DNA of 63,952 nucleotides, filler included, from Albugo candida (lineage: Eukaryota), in NCBI GenBank assembly GCA_040437565.1. It is 32 parts of 32 records of this genome, joined end to end, with 100 filler letters (N's around TTAATTAATTAA, not from the genome) between each part and the next. Parts side by side here need not be neighbours in the genome. Positions count along the whole stretch, not along the records: positions 24,449 to 26,351 come from JBDOQK010000381.1; positions 26,452 to 28,354 come from JBDOQK010000382.1; positions 28,455 to 30,356 come from JBDOQK010000383.1; positions 30,457 to 32,357 come from JBDOQK010000384.1; positions 32,458 to 34,357 come from JBDOQK010000385.1; positions 34,458 to 36,354 come from JBDOQK010000386.1; 26 more parts are not named here. The stretch is one strand, 5' to 3'. The notes under the pieces are model-generated. The model saw only the letters and a list, made by a program, of their open reading frames with translations. It made no database searches and was not told where the DNA came from. The position numbers and the translations under genes are program-made. Positions 24,449 through 36,354 of this stretch are shown here, piece by piece; the first letter of the stretch is position 1, and every line of letters starts with the position of its first letter.

Positions 24449-25589
24449 ATCCAGAGTTACGATGGTTACCAGGAGCATACTTGGACTTATGAGAGGAAGG
24501 ATAATTGTCTCTATTATCTTCACTATACTCATAATGGGGGCGCTTGGGAGCACGAGGAGCAGCAGACGACTTCATGTTCTTAAAAGACCGGAACATATCC
24601 TTGGCAGCATTCATCATATACTCAACATTAGTCCGTTTAGCTTCGGGGACAAAAGACGAACCAGAAACAAGAGAGTTTTGAACATTGTCAGGCATAGCAG
24701 AACAAAAATGCTCAATTAGAACAGAATCATGCATCACCCGGTCACCAGCCTTACGACGCAAGAGATTAAAACGACTGATGAAAGCTTCAATCGACTCATT
24801 ACGATGCATAGAGATCTCACCTAATTCCAAGACAGCCTTACTTCTTTCTTGGTAGATATTAAGCCCGTATTGATCCTTGATGGCTCTAGAGAATTCCTCA
24901 AAGGTGGGTTCACGTTGATAAGCAGCACGATGAGAAGACAAAAAAGCCTTAAACCAAGATTTGACGGTGTAACCAAACAAAGGAGGTAAAAGCCTAGCAA
25001 AATCTTGATCGATGTTCATACCATAACTACCTAATATGTCAGTGAAATTAGAGAGACACTCATCAAGGTCAACAGCAACAGGAGCACGAGAGTCATGAAC
25101 CTGACCTTCCCACTGGAAGGGTTGAAGATTACGTGGAACAATTACAGCAGCAGGTCTTGAGATCACAGTAGCGGCATCACCACCAGAAGCAGCAGCGGAA
25201 GAAGAAGCAGGATTAGTAGTATCAAGAGCCTGTTTAAGAGTGCGGCGGATAGCACTTAAGTCTTGTTGCTTTTCAGCTAACAAGTTTCGCAACCTAGCAG
25301 AATCAGCACCAGGAGGAGTAGTAGCCAAATAGACTGCCCTTTCAGTAGTTTCAGCAACCAAAAGTTCAATGCACCACTTAAGTTGCGCAACTCTTCCAAC
25401 AGGTCGAGCACTTGGAGAAGGATCTTCCATAGTGGCATCTACCGCAGGAGCAACGTTGGGCACAACAGGGACAGTAGGAGCAGCATCAGAAGCAATAGGA
25501 GCAGTACCTTGACCATTATTAGCAGTAGCAGCAGCAGCAGAACCAACAGATTGTTGATTGGCAGGTGTTTCAGAACGAGTAGCAACCAT
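24449..25589 (-). CDS. gag: Ty3/Gypsy Gag (3' truncated), homologous to 14528-16268
   Basis: IVPRNLQPFQWEGQVHD aligns by eye to VVPRGLAAFQWDGQVVD. Gag core EPTFEEFSRAIKDQYG...MHRNESIEAFISRFNLLRRKA. Confidence 0.88.
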
Positions 25590-25688
25590 TGGATTAAAAA
25601 TTTTCTTGCGAAAAAAAATTAAGGTAAGAGCAAATAGAAATAGAGAGATAGAAATAAAGAGATAGAAAAACCGCTTGATTTAAAAAAA

Positions 25689-26351
25689 TGTTGTAATTTG
25701 CCGTTAGGTGAATTACAAAAATAAAAAAATAAAAAAGCGATAAAGAACTGTGAAGTAAATCAGCACGCAAAAATATTCTAATTGTCTTTATTAATAAAAA
25801 TATCTTCTCTTATATACAAATGCTGGGTATTAAATTATAATGTTCTTATTGTTCTGTCAAAGTAATCTAAGAGGCGACATGATTGTTATCTATTGTCAGG
25901 TACCAGTAACATAACTAGGGGTGCTCGCGAGCTTTGATTTGCGGTTAACGAGCTCAAAAAAAGGCCGCGAGCCTAGATTTTAAGCAGTAAAAACCTTAAA
26001 TTTACGGTTCACGAGCTCAAAAAAAATGCCACGAGCCGGCTCGTGAGCACCCCTAGTCCCTGTGTTGTTTTCTGACGTTGAAGACATGGAAGACGTAGTT
26101 GCTACTGAAGCCCAGCGCTGTAAGTATAATGAATTTTGTTGTAATTTGCCGTTAGGTGAATTACAAAAATAAAAATAAAAAACTGTGAAGTAAATCAGCA
26201 CGCAAAAATATTCTAATTGTCTTTATTAATAAAAATATCTTCTCTTATATACAAATGCTGGGTATTAAATTATAATGTTCTTATTGTTCTGTCAAAGTAA
26301 TCTAAGAGGCGACATGATTGTTATCTATTGTCAGGTACCAGTAACATAACT
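25689..26351 (-). mobile_element. Tandemly duplicated LTR segment (25689-25916 and 26137-26351) upstream of gag
   Basis: Near-identical ~215-228-bp copies differing by a short indel. Both end in CAACA on the minus strand; AATAAA present. Confidence 0.8.
25916..26055. mobile_element. 140-bp hAT-like MITE
   Basis: TIRs TAGGGGTGCTCGCGAGC / GCTCGTGAGCACCCCTA and an internal ~32-bp direct repeat. No clear 8-bp TSD. Confidence 0.7.
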
Positions 26352-26660
26352 NNNNNNNNNNNNNNNNNNNNNNNNNNNNNNNNNNNNNNNNNNNNTTAAT
26401 TAATTAANNNNNNNNNNNNNNNNNNNNNNNNNNNNNNNNNNNNNNNNNNNNGTCATTATAGGCGCCCCCTTTTTTATTACATTTTTGTTTTGAATTCAAA
26501 CTACATCATGCCTAATTGAATTTTTACTCTCACAGCTTTTTGTTTAATGAATAAAGGGTACTGATATCCCAAAACTTTTTATTAATTACATTTTTAAATC
26601 TAAACTACATCATGCTTATTTGAATTATTACTCCCTTAACTTTTTGGTTGAATAATCAAA

Positions 26661-27900
26661 GGGAGCCGTTAGTATTTACTCACCCTCTTGATAGTATTCA
26701 CTCACCCCTCCTAATTCATTGACTAAAATTCATCAGTAATCATTACTCATCACTCAGCCAGACCAATACCCATCACGCACGGTGACTCACTTCTAAGTAC
26801 ACCTCAGCACAGCAGGATTAATGAAATGTATAAAATTGAACTCAGCTTAACAATCCTACACACTCAGGACATACACCAAGAAATTTGCTTCAATATGTAT
26901 ATTACCAAAAGTTGCTTATATGTAGAACGTAAAAATCCTGCAGTTATAAACACAACTTTCTATAAATATAAAAGGAAATTGCTGCGGACACACCCCTAAA
27001 ATAGAAATTACAAACATACCCCTGCTTTCTTACCGCCATGTCCGCTGCTCTCAAGTCCACTTTCAGTGGTGTCAGTAACACCATAAGAAAAGCTGGAGTT
27101 ATTGTAAGCAAAGTAAAAGTAGCCTAGCAGGCAGGCATTTCAGAAAAGAAGAAAAATCCAGCCACCATTGCCTTCTACTAATTTGCGCCCTTTGCTGATT
27201 CTAGCTGTGTAAAGCCTGCATTTTACACAGCATATTGGCTCGAAAAACATGAGCTGGTAGTGTACCTCCACCAATATCCCTCCCTTGCGCAGCTCCACAA
27301 AAGAAGTAAGATGTAGAAATGCCACAGGAATTACCATCGACTTGCTTTGTGCAATTTTTTCAGGCGTGTAGGTACGCAAAAATGACAGCAATGGCTGATC
27401 ATTTAGCCACATGTTCTAGTCAAGAAATGGCTGTATAGCTTCGCGTAGGTCTCAATTCTTCTCAACAACATAGGAAAGTAGGGGGTATGTTTGTAATTTC
27501 TATTTTCGAGGATAGATAGACTCCTTAATTTACTTGATTGACAATACGAAAGTAGGGGTATGTTTGTAATTTTTATTTTTAGGGATGTGTGCGTAGCAAA
27601 AACTGGGTGCGTCCGGAGCAATTCCCATATAAAAATTCTATTTTTAATCAAAAAATAACAACCTTAACTTTTTCTTTGTGAGTATTCGCGATATAAGAGA
27701 TTGACTGATGATCTAGAGAGCTGAGAATGTGCATTTTTTTCCTTTCGAGTGAATCGACTAGTAGTGAGTTGAGTGGTCATAGTTATTACAAGTGAGTGAG
27801 TAATGATCTCCGTCTAACGTCAATTTGAGTGGATTTTAGCCAATAATATAGGAAGGTGAGTGAATACTATCCAGACGGTGAGTAAAAACTAACGGCTCCC
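26661..27900. mobile_element. Non-autonomous long-TIR (Mutator-like) element with a nested inverted-repeat pair
   Basis: ~70-bp imperfect TIRs GGGAGCCGTTAGT.TTTACTCACC... / ...GGTGAGTAAAAACTAACGGCTCCC. Inner IR ~26975-27030 pairs with ~27475-27506 and ~27548-27600. No coding capacity. Confidence 0.75.
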
Positions 27901-28454
27901 TAAGTAAAAAGGGTGTTGATATCCTCACAGCTTTATTTTTAATTGCAATTTTATTTCAAATTCAAATTACATCATGGCCACTTGAATTATGGGAATTGCT
28001 ATTTCCACCCAGCTTTTTGCTATTTCCACCCACCAATGTACTTTTTTGACCAATCAGATTACGACGTTATTACCACACCAATGTGACTTTCTGACCAATC
28101 AGATTACGGCGTTATTTCCACCCAACTTTTTACTATTTCCACCCACCTTTATCGATGTCCTATTTCATCAATTGCAACCAATCTTTTGCCACTCGTTTTG
28201 ATCTCATTGAACACGTTCGCCACGTGTGTCGTGGGTCTGGCTATGGGGTGTCGATAAAACGTTAAGATGGAGACAGGCGAGTTTTGCTTGCTTGTGATCT
28301 TGGTGGGGAGTATAGGAGACGCTCTGCTGGAAACGTTGAGGGAAAGACACGAAANNNNNNNNNNNNNNNNNNNNNNNNNNNNNNNNNNNNNNNNNNNNTT
28401 AATTAATTAANNNNNNNNNNNNNNNNNNNNNNNNNNNNNNNNNNNNNNNNNNNN

Positions 28455-29674
28455 CATTTTGTATTTGGCCTCGTTGTTGGCTTTGCCAGAAAATGAGATA
28501 ACCTGGTCGGATTGTCTTTCGACTTCACCAACAGGATACCTCAAACAAGCGTTAACTTTTCTGACATCGTCAATTCCAAGTTTTCCAATCGACTTGTATT
28601 CAACGTCAGCAGGCCATCCCTTCATTCTCAAAGCATTAGGGAACATGGTTGAATCAAGTTCCCTGTCAAACTTTAACTGCTCCCAAGGAACAATACTTCT
28701 CTCGGGCTTGACATCCATGTCTAAAAAAAAAAGAGATAAAAATCTAAGGCATCATAATGCATAAATTAATTTTCAACTTACTGAATGATTTCAAGAAGCT
28801 TTCATTAACTTGTTTCTTGAAATCGTTTTGTTTTGCGGTGGATTCGGGAATACCAGTAACAATTTTCTTTTCTTGACCTAAAAAGCAAACAAGTCAACAA
28901 TATTGGATATTATGGTAAGGTTGGATAATAATAGCTACCTGTTGCTGTATCTTTCAACCCACAAGTACGAAGAAAGGTGAGCTTCAAGTTCTTGTTGGCA
29001 ACGTTGTTCTTGAATTCCTCCCCATATCCTGAAAATCGTTTCAAAACTTTTTAGATAAAAAGAATGGTTGGCAACATTTTAAGCCTTTCAAAACTATACC
29101 TTTAGAGGAGCTATCAAAGCTCTTGTAATGCACACCGTTTTGTGCATCATAGGTGAATACACAAACAGTGTACACATGAACACCTAAATGTTCGCATTGA
29201 TTCTGAAACCTACGAATAAGGCTTTTAACCTTCTTCGAACGATCAAAGCGAAGAACTTCCGTTCTTTTTTCTTCTGTTTGTCTCTTGGCTTCTACCTCAA
29301 GCTCTTTCTTCTCATCTTCAGAAATTTGCTTGAACATTTCTGCCATCTTCTTCAAGCGCAAACCTGACCATATTTAATTAGTTAGTATATAACAAAAATA
29401 AAATCCAGCAAATTTCAAAATTACCTTTATCAAGCTTACCCATTGCTTGAAGTGGATTGCTCCTCATGTATACATGGAAAGGAGTTACTGCAGAATTATT
29501 TCTGGGAATATAATCCTGCAAGCTGTCTTTGACATCATTTACGGAGCAATTTAACTTCTTGGACATCTCTTTGTAGTGTCTTTCGTAGTAAACACTCATC
29601 TCGTCTTCAAATTTGAGGTGTTCAGCCCATAACTCGGAGGACCATTGGATAGGATTGTTTTCAGATCTAGGCAT
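28455..29674 (-). CDS. Five-exon HMG-box-like protein with C-terminal VPW...GWP domain (3' truncated)
   Basis: GT-AG introns (29364-29424, 29029-29099, two more near 28.9 and 28.75 kb) give AVTPFHVYMRSN...KG|LRLKKMAEMFKQISEDEKKELE and IVPWEQL...MKGWPADVEY. Confidence 0.7.
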
Positions 29675-31050
29675 TTTTATTATTTAAAGATTTATAAAGT
29701 AGAGTAAAAAAATGAGTGCAAGTATATATGGTACCTGTAACAAAAAAAAATAAGAAATTTTAAACTCCCTCACACATGTAAAAATAGAAAACTTTTGGTA
29801 TTCTCATTATTATTACTATTCTTTCAATCGAATTTTGAATGATTAATTACAGTTACGTTTGCTCTTTCTTCTTCGAGTTGATCAACCAAAAGTACGTTTA
29901 TACGAGGAAATATAGAGCATAAAAGCTATCTGGATCACTATTGGTCTATTGTTGAAACTCCACAAATAGTAACTTGGTGACGTAAACATATAATACAAGC
30001 CCTATTATTTTCATATTACAATTTTAGGATAAATCTATCATTAAAATTCTCTCAAATTTCAACGACAGGTTGATAAAATTGTCTTGTATTGTTATATTAC
30101 TAATGTGGGGTACAAGAGCCAATATTTGTTTTATTATTCAATTGCTTACGTCACACGCTTAAAGATGCATATAGATATATATACTTTCATACTTATTTTA
30201 TTGGAATTTTGCAAACAATTGTCAGTGGTCACAAATTGGAGTTTTTCAATTTCAGTAAAATATTAAAGATCAGTAGGTGCACACTTATATTTTCGAAGTG
30301 CCAGCTTAACTCTTTCGAAGTCATACTTATTTCTATTTTCAAAGTTCACGCTTAAANNNNNNNNNNNNNNNNNNNNNNNNNNNNNNNNNNNNNNNNNNNN
30401 TTAATTAATTAANNNNNNNNNNNNNNNNNNNNNNNNNNNNNNNNNNNNNNNNNNNNGATCATTCAAAAATTTTAAAGAGCCATAACTTTTGTTAATTCTA
30501 CCTATGTACAAGTAACACAATTACTGCAGCATACTTTTATACTATCTTTACAATATATTTACAGTTCTTACTACGTCTACTTGACAGACTACAGTGTTTT
30601 CAACAGTATACGACGCTGGACTACAGAGAAAAAAAAATAAAAAAAAGTGGGGGAAATAAAAAAAAATGGCGTTGACCCTGTAATCTTACTCTGAAGTTGA
30701 AATCTGTTTCCACAGGATGGAACAGGTTCCGAAGTTTCACGAGTAAATAAATAAACATTTCAAGAGAGTTCTGGGTTCCACTGAATTGGGGGGAATAAAA
30801 AATATAAAAAGAAAAACTGTGTAATGTTATACCATTTTTTTTTAAACTTTTTATTACGGGGGTTCACGTAACCAACGATCGCTAGTAGCGGGCTACTAGC
30901 GATCGCCGGATTAGTTTTTTTTTTTTTACTAATTAGGATTTACAAAATTAGTAATAGGAGTGACGTCGTCCTGCTATTTTTGAATTTTTCTAAAATGACC
31001 CGAGCTTTTATGCTGAATTTATTTACCCCTTTTTTAATTTTTAAAATAAA

Positions 31051-32357
31051 ATGACCATTATTAACAACGAAGAAAATGCGCTCATCATGTTCAATCATGT
31101 TCAACAATCTAGCTCTAGATTACAAGAAGAATTTATGTTGAGAGATGAGGAATATGACAATTGCATTGAAGAGGATGAATTAAGAGAAAAGGAAAAGAAG
31201 AGAGCAGAAAAAAAAAGAGAGAGAAAGATTATTAAAAAGCAAATCAAAAAAGAAAAAGTGTTGAAGTTGATTGCAGTCATTCAACAAGTTCAAACTTCCC
31301 ATGTGTTAAACACCCTTATGCTCGTCAACAAAGATGTCTTTTACATTATTTACATTGGTGGTCTTCACCTTTTGGAAGCAAGAGTTGTAACAAGAAGAGA
31401 ACCTGGAGGAAGAAGTTCTGAATGGTGGCAATTGGAACACCCTAATCTTGTAGATCAACCCGAGAATGGAGCACCTGTTGATCGCAGACTTATCTTCAAG
31501 AACCATTATCGTATTACCTTGAGGACATTTGAAAGATTAGTCAATCGATTGATGCAGAGTAGAGCTTATGCTGGTTGTGTTGCTAAACCTTCATCATGGG
31601 CCGTTTACAAACAAGTAGCAATTGTGTTATGGCGTTTTTCTAACACTAGTTATGGATATCGCTTGGCACTATCCAAGTTCAAGGTTGGTGAGGGCAGCTA
31701 CAACGAATTCACAAACAGGTTTGTTAAGGCTATGGTAGAAGAAATTCAACCAGAAGTCATTCAATGGCCTTCAACTTCTGAAGAATTTACTGAAATTGCT
31801 AGAGGAATGGCAAGAACGGCGGATGTAAGGAAGCCTCGACTGGAAAATGTTTGTGGTGCTACTGATGGTAAGCTTGTTGCTATTGCCGCTCCTAAGAAGT
31901 CTGACGATCCTGAGAGATACCGGGATTATAAGAACCGCATCAGTATGAGCCTCCAAGCGGTTTGCGATCATAGAATGCGTTTTAGATCAATCTTGACTGG
32001 CCTTCCTGGAAGTTTCCACGATTCTAGATGTTTCAAATTAAGTCCCTTATATAGGGATCTTATTAATCATCCTGAAACTACTTGTATGAATAATACATTC
32101 ATTATCGGTGACGCTGCTTACCCTTTGTTACCAAAGTTGTTCGTACCTTACGTGGTTAACAGAGGAAGACCTGCTGCTGGAGGACAAAGAAGAGTTACTT
32201 CTCATATGCAAAAGAGGTTTAACAAGCGTTTGTCTTCAACTCGCATGAAGATCGAGAAATGCTTTGCTCTTTTTGTTAGCCGCTGGAGATTTATGTTCAA
32301 GCACTTGTATTTAAAAGATGTGACAAGAATGGCTTATGTCATTACGACCTGCTGTGT
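31051..32357 (+). mobile_element. PIF/Harbinger DDE transposase (DDE_Tnp_4-like), 3' truncated
   Basis: FKNHYRIT..TFERL, GATDGKLVAI, LQAVCDHRMRF, PGSFHDSRCF, IIGDAAYPL, FNKRLSSTRMKIEKCFALFVSRWR. Confidence 0.93.
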
Positions 32358-33472
32358 NNNNNNNNNNNNNNNNNNNNNNNNNNNNNNNNNNNNNNNNNNN
32401 NTTAATTAATTAANNNNNNNNNNNNNNNNNNNNNNNNNNNNNNNNNNNNNNNNNNNNAATCATTTCTTCAACGCAAACTTCTTTGTTGTTTTCCAAGACA
32501 TCCGCGAGCCTGCACAGGACATTCACGGTAGTGTCCTATCCCATGCATCAGTTGAAGACGATCATTCCATATTTAATTCGTTCACATGAGGCCAGTTTCT
32601 GTTTCTCTGTTTGTAAGTAAGACTCGACCATGCCGCGAAGAACACGAGCGTCTTTAGTCTCAAACTGCTTTTGCCACTCTCAAGTACAAGTGGCTGATCT
32701 GGGTGATTCTTCCTTGTGCGAACAGTACAGTAAATGTGTGTTAATTCGCTTCCCGCAGTAAAGCTCCGATGCAAACGATGAGCTGTAAACGGACCGCGTG
32801 CTTTCAACTTGAAGCTTTGTTGGACGATAATTCTGTCCCATTGAATAAAAGTCTCCGTTTCACAAGTATGCAACATGCAAGCACGTACTTTGCAATAAGT
32901 GTTCGATAGGATGATCTTCTTTGGTGACATTTGCCTGATATTTGCGTCAACCCGGACTGATAGCATAACCTCTGAGTGAGAAAAGGGAGGAACGGATAGA
33001 GCGGAATTCGTTACCTTTGTCATTTGAGTAAAGACTTCTCATCTCGAATATGATGGAGAACAGAACCAGCTGGACTGCTTGATTATCAATCATCTGATGA
33101 AACCTGTTGCTTATTCTTCAGTGTTGCATGAATGGAATCAAATGCTTCCTCTTCTCATTTCTGCCATAATTTCTGCCGGTTTCTCAACGTTATACGATTG
33201 CAGAGAGCAAGATAGTTCGTGGAACGCGTTTCAGTGCGTAGGAAACGTGCTTTGGGCGGCTGTTCCTTCTTCTGATATGATGCATTTTTACGTCATTTGA
33301 GTGATGAAATCGATGATGTAGTGCCGTCTCTTTGTACATTGCTATTGCTTCTGCGTCGATTTTGCTCTAATTCGTCAAAATTGAGAGAATCAGCTCAAAG
33401 ATGGAACCATTCGACTCGCTGCATCGAGTACAATTGTGATTCGCTAAAATCGCCGCTCCTTTCAATTTGCAA

Positions 33473-34357
33473 ATGCTGCTGGCGGTATATTTGGATCGAA
33501 TTGGGCATGCAATTGTATCCAAATCCGGGCACGAAGTGGCAGCATTCATTAGTCTAGCATCAGTTCATGTGCAAGTCGAATTGGAATCGCTCTCTTTGGA
33601 GCAAATCGACCAAATTTGTAGGTCAAAACTCGCGCGCTTGGAAACGTTTGGCGATATTATTTGCAACATTGTCAAAGCTCGAAAACACTTGACAAATCAA
33701 CAAACGATCGAAGCGTATGAATGCGAGATCGCAGCGCTTGTGTACGTGCCTCTCTTCATCAAATCTTCTCATTTTCATTGCTTTCATCGGGGTCTTTTAT
33801 TGCAGCAAACTTATGGGAATTTTTCGTGAAGAGAGCAATTGGGTTCTCTCTTTTCTCCATGTGTTGATACTGGACACTCGATTGATTGCTTCAAGTGTAT
33901 GAGTACTGCTTCGAAATCAAATTGGCATTGAAAAGCTGTCTTTAAGGCCGACCAACAAGCTGCACGAAAAGCAGGAGAGGAAATTCATGACAATCTTCGA
34001 AATGCCGAACAACATCTCAAGAAAATGTTTGCAATGGCTGCGAATGATCGAGCGCCATTAGAACAAAGCAAGAAATTGGGATCTTTGCACATTGTCGATC
34101 AGCTATTTAAGATTTAGTTCAAGGTGAGCCCTATTTCTAAACCGCTTTTGATGTGCGGTAAACTCGTTCTGTGCAGCTCAATACGATTCATTTGTGTCGA
34201 AATTTGATACGAGCCGTTGAAGGTCCGGCATTCCCGGCTTTTGAGCGATTCAGCAGAGCCGATAAAGTCACGTATCAGTATTACGTTGGACGTATCTCAA
34301 TGTTTGAAGATCAGTATCACAAAGCGGAGAAATGCTTGGATTATGCTTGGGAACATT
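33473..34357 (+). pseudogene. PCI-domain protein PCID2/CSN12 homologue (oomycete-like) with an in-frame stop; 3' truncated
   Basis: Introns 33742-33805, ~33896-33946 and 34124-34176. Protein NDRAPLEQSKKLGSLHIVDQLFKI*FK|LNTIHLCRNLIRAV...DKVTYQYYVGRISMF. TAG at 34115-34117 replaces the conserved Tyr of KIYFK. Confidence 0.85.
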
Positions 34358-35487
34358 NNNNNNNNNNNNNNNNNNNNNNNNNNNNNNNNNNNNNNNNNNN
34401 NTTAATTAATTAANNNNNNNNNNNNNNNNNNNNNNNNNNNNNNNNNNNNNNNNNNNNCTGGCACTTTGTACAGTGACCAAGACTTCGGAATGCTCGCAAG
34501 ATAGTGTTGGGACCACCTTCACATTAGACCGCATCGAAGCATCATTTTAATGGAGCTGCTTGCTTCAACCACATACTTACCGATAGACAAGATGACCTGA
34601 AGTAGTAAGAATGATTGCTCAACCATCTTCTCGCGTCGTACGATAGCAAAAGTCGCCATAATCATCAATGCAGGCGGTATCAAGCACAAGTGACGTGTTG
34701 ATGATTGGAGCGTTCTTTCGCCGCTAAGATCACATTGTGAGTAAGTCTACAAATTGACAGGAACGGGAACGTGAGGTAGGTAAAGCTGGCTTGAGCTAGC
34801 CTGCAATACACCTTGTAACGAGGTGATAGCTCGGACAATATCAATACAATAGTATCTGCATCACGCGGTGGTATAGTTAATAGTGAAAAATTATAGACAG
34901 CTGCCAAAGGTTGTAATGAATCAAAACTTCCTAGAACCTTCTCAACCTTTTCTACGTTGAATGGATGATAATATTCTACGTTTACTAACGTATAATAAGC
35001 GATAAAAATTAATAAAGATGAAAAATAATGTGAATGAAGAGATTTCTTAGCATACAAAGCTATTAATAAAAAAAATAGTTCCTGTAATTTGTATATTTTG
35101 TTGGAGCTACTCAATATTTTTGTTTGCGTGAAGCACTGATCGAGTCTATGGTGAGTGAAAGTACATTATGTGACACTTGAGCTCATGCGAATATTAAAAC
35201 AAGCTCAGGTTCAGGTAGAATTAGTTAATTACATTGTACAGTTCCAGATATTCATTATATGTAGTGCGAGACACCTATAACCATCAGCTCCTGATTTCTC
35301 GCGGCCAAATTCGAAATTTTAATTTTATGCAGCCTATACTCTTGACCTGACAAAAAGTTTTTTTTTCAGCCAATCATGATTAGTGTAGATCAGAATGTCG
35401 AAAAAATTATGTATAATATATTTCTTGGTTATTTTCTTTTCCGCGTTCACCTTACATTTATCATTGCACCCCGTCGCTACCACCACA

Positions 35488-36354
35488 ATGGCACCACCCA
35501 CAAAACATTCACAGCAGCTGAAATTGGACAAGGCATCGAAAAAAGTTTGAATTGAGGCTGTCAGAACGATATGCGACCCTAGCAATTTTGATAGAAAACT
35601 TGGCCAGCCTCCCATTCTCAATAAGCCAATGTTTTGGCCTGCTGATATGGAGGTGTAAGTGGACGAAGATTCAGAGCTTGAGGTCGAAGAGGCTGAGGGT
35701 TATACTGATAATGAAGCAGACTCTGCCGCACTGAAATTACACTATATTTCGAACCGTCCGGGTCGGTACATTTGGAACTTGAGCCGTTCTCAACGACGAA
35801 AACGTGTAGAAAACCGCAATGCTGCACTTGGTTCTCGTCGACTCGAGACATACTTCCATTTTTATCACTCAGAATGCACAATCTGGTTCAGACAATGAGA
35901 ACGAAAGCAGACAAACTGATGACGAGGATGAGGATGATCACAAAATTGATGACAAAACCGAGGGACACCTGGCCGCTGGAATGTTGAAACTTGACCAGAA
36001 GGCCAAACAGACAACCAACAAAGCTCAACGTGCACGACTGGCTGCTATCGCATCTTAATTTCGTCTCCTTTAAAGGGCTATCCTGTAAGTTGAGGTTGTT
36101 AATTTTTTGTATTGACATTTCATTAGTTTAATGATGCTTCATTTGTTCAGAAGGCTCAAGCTTCGGGAGTCGTTTCCCAGGCAGTCGGTAAAGGATCATG
36201 TTTTTGTCGATTGCTTCGCACATGGGGAGCCATGTATCTTGCCACTGCTGATCTTCCGAACAGCAAGCAAGGCCAACATGTCAAGTCACGCAGCCTTTGA
36301 TGGATGAAGATGTTCTTGCTAGGGTTCGATTGTATCTCCGTCAAAACAAGTTCA
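35488..36354 (+). pseudogene. Decayed N-terminal part of an IS630/Tc1-mariner-related transposase
   Basis: RTWGAMYLATADLPNSKQGQHVKSRSL(frameshift)MDEDVLARVRLYLRQNK at ~36217-36354 resembles the W...LP.S..G.H.K..SL..DED....YLR motif of fungal/oomycete elements. The 5' boundary is uncertain. Confidence 0.5.

Noticed and set aside
28455-29674. Mucorales mating-type HMG gene sexM/sexP
   Set aside because: Multi-intron gene with a degenerate HMG box and extra C-terminal domain, a paralogue elsewhere in the window, and no tptA/rnhA flanks.
32562-33023. 153-aa minus-strand ORF divergent from PCID2
   Set aside because: ATG-initiated, but no domain or other support; cannot be distinguished from a chance ORF.
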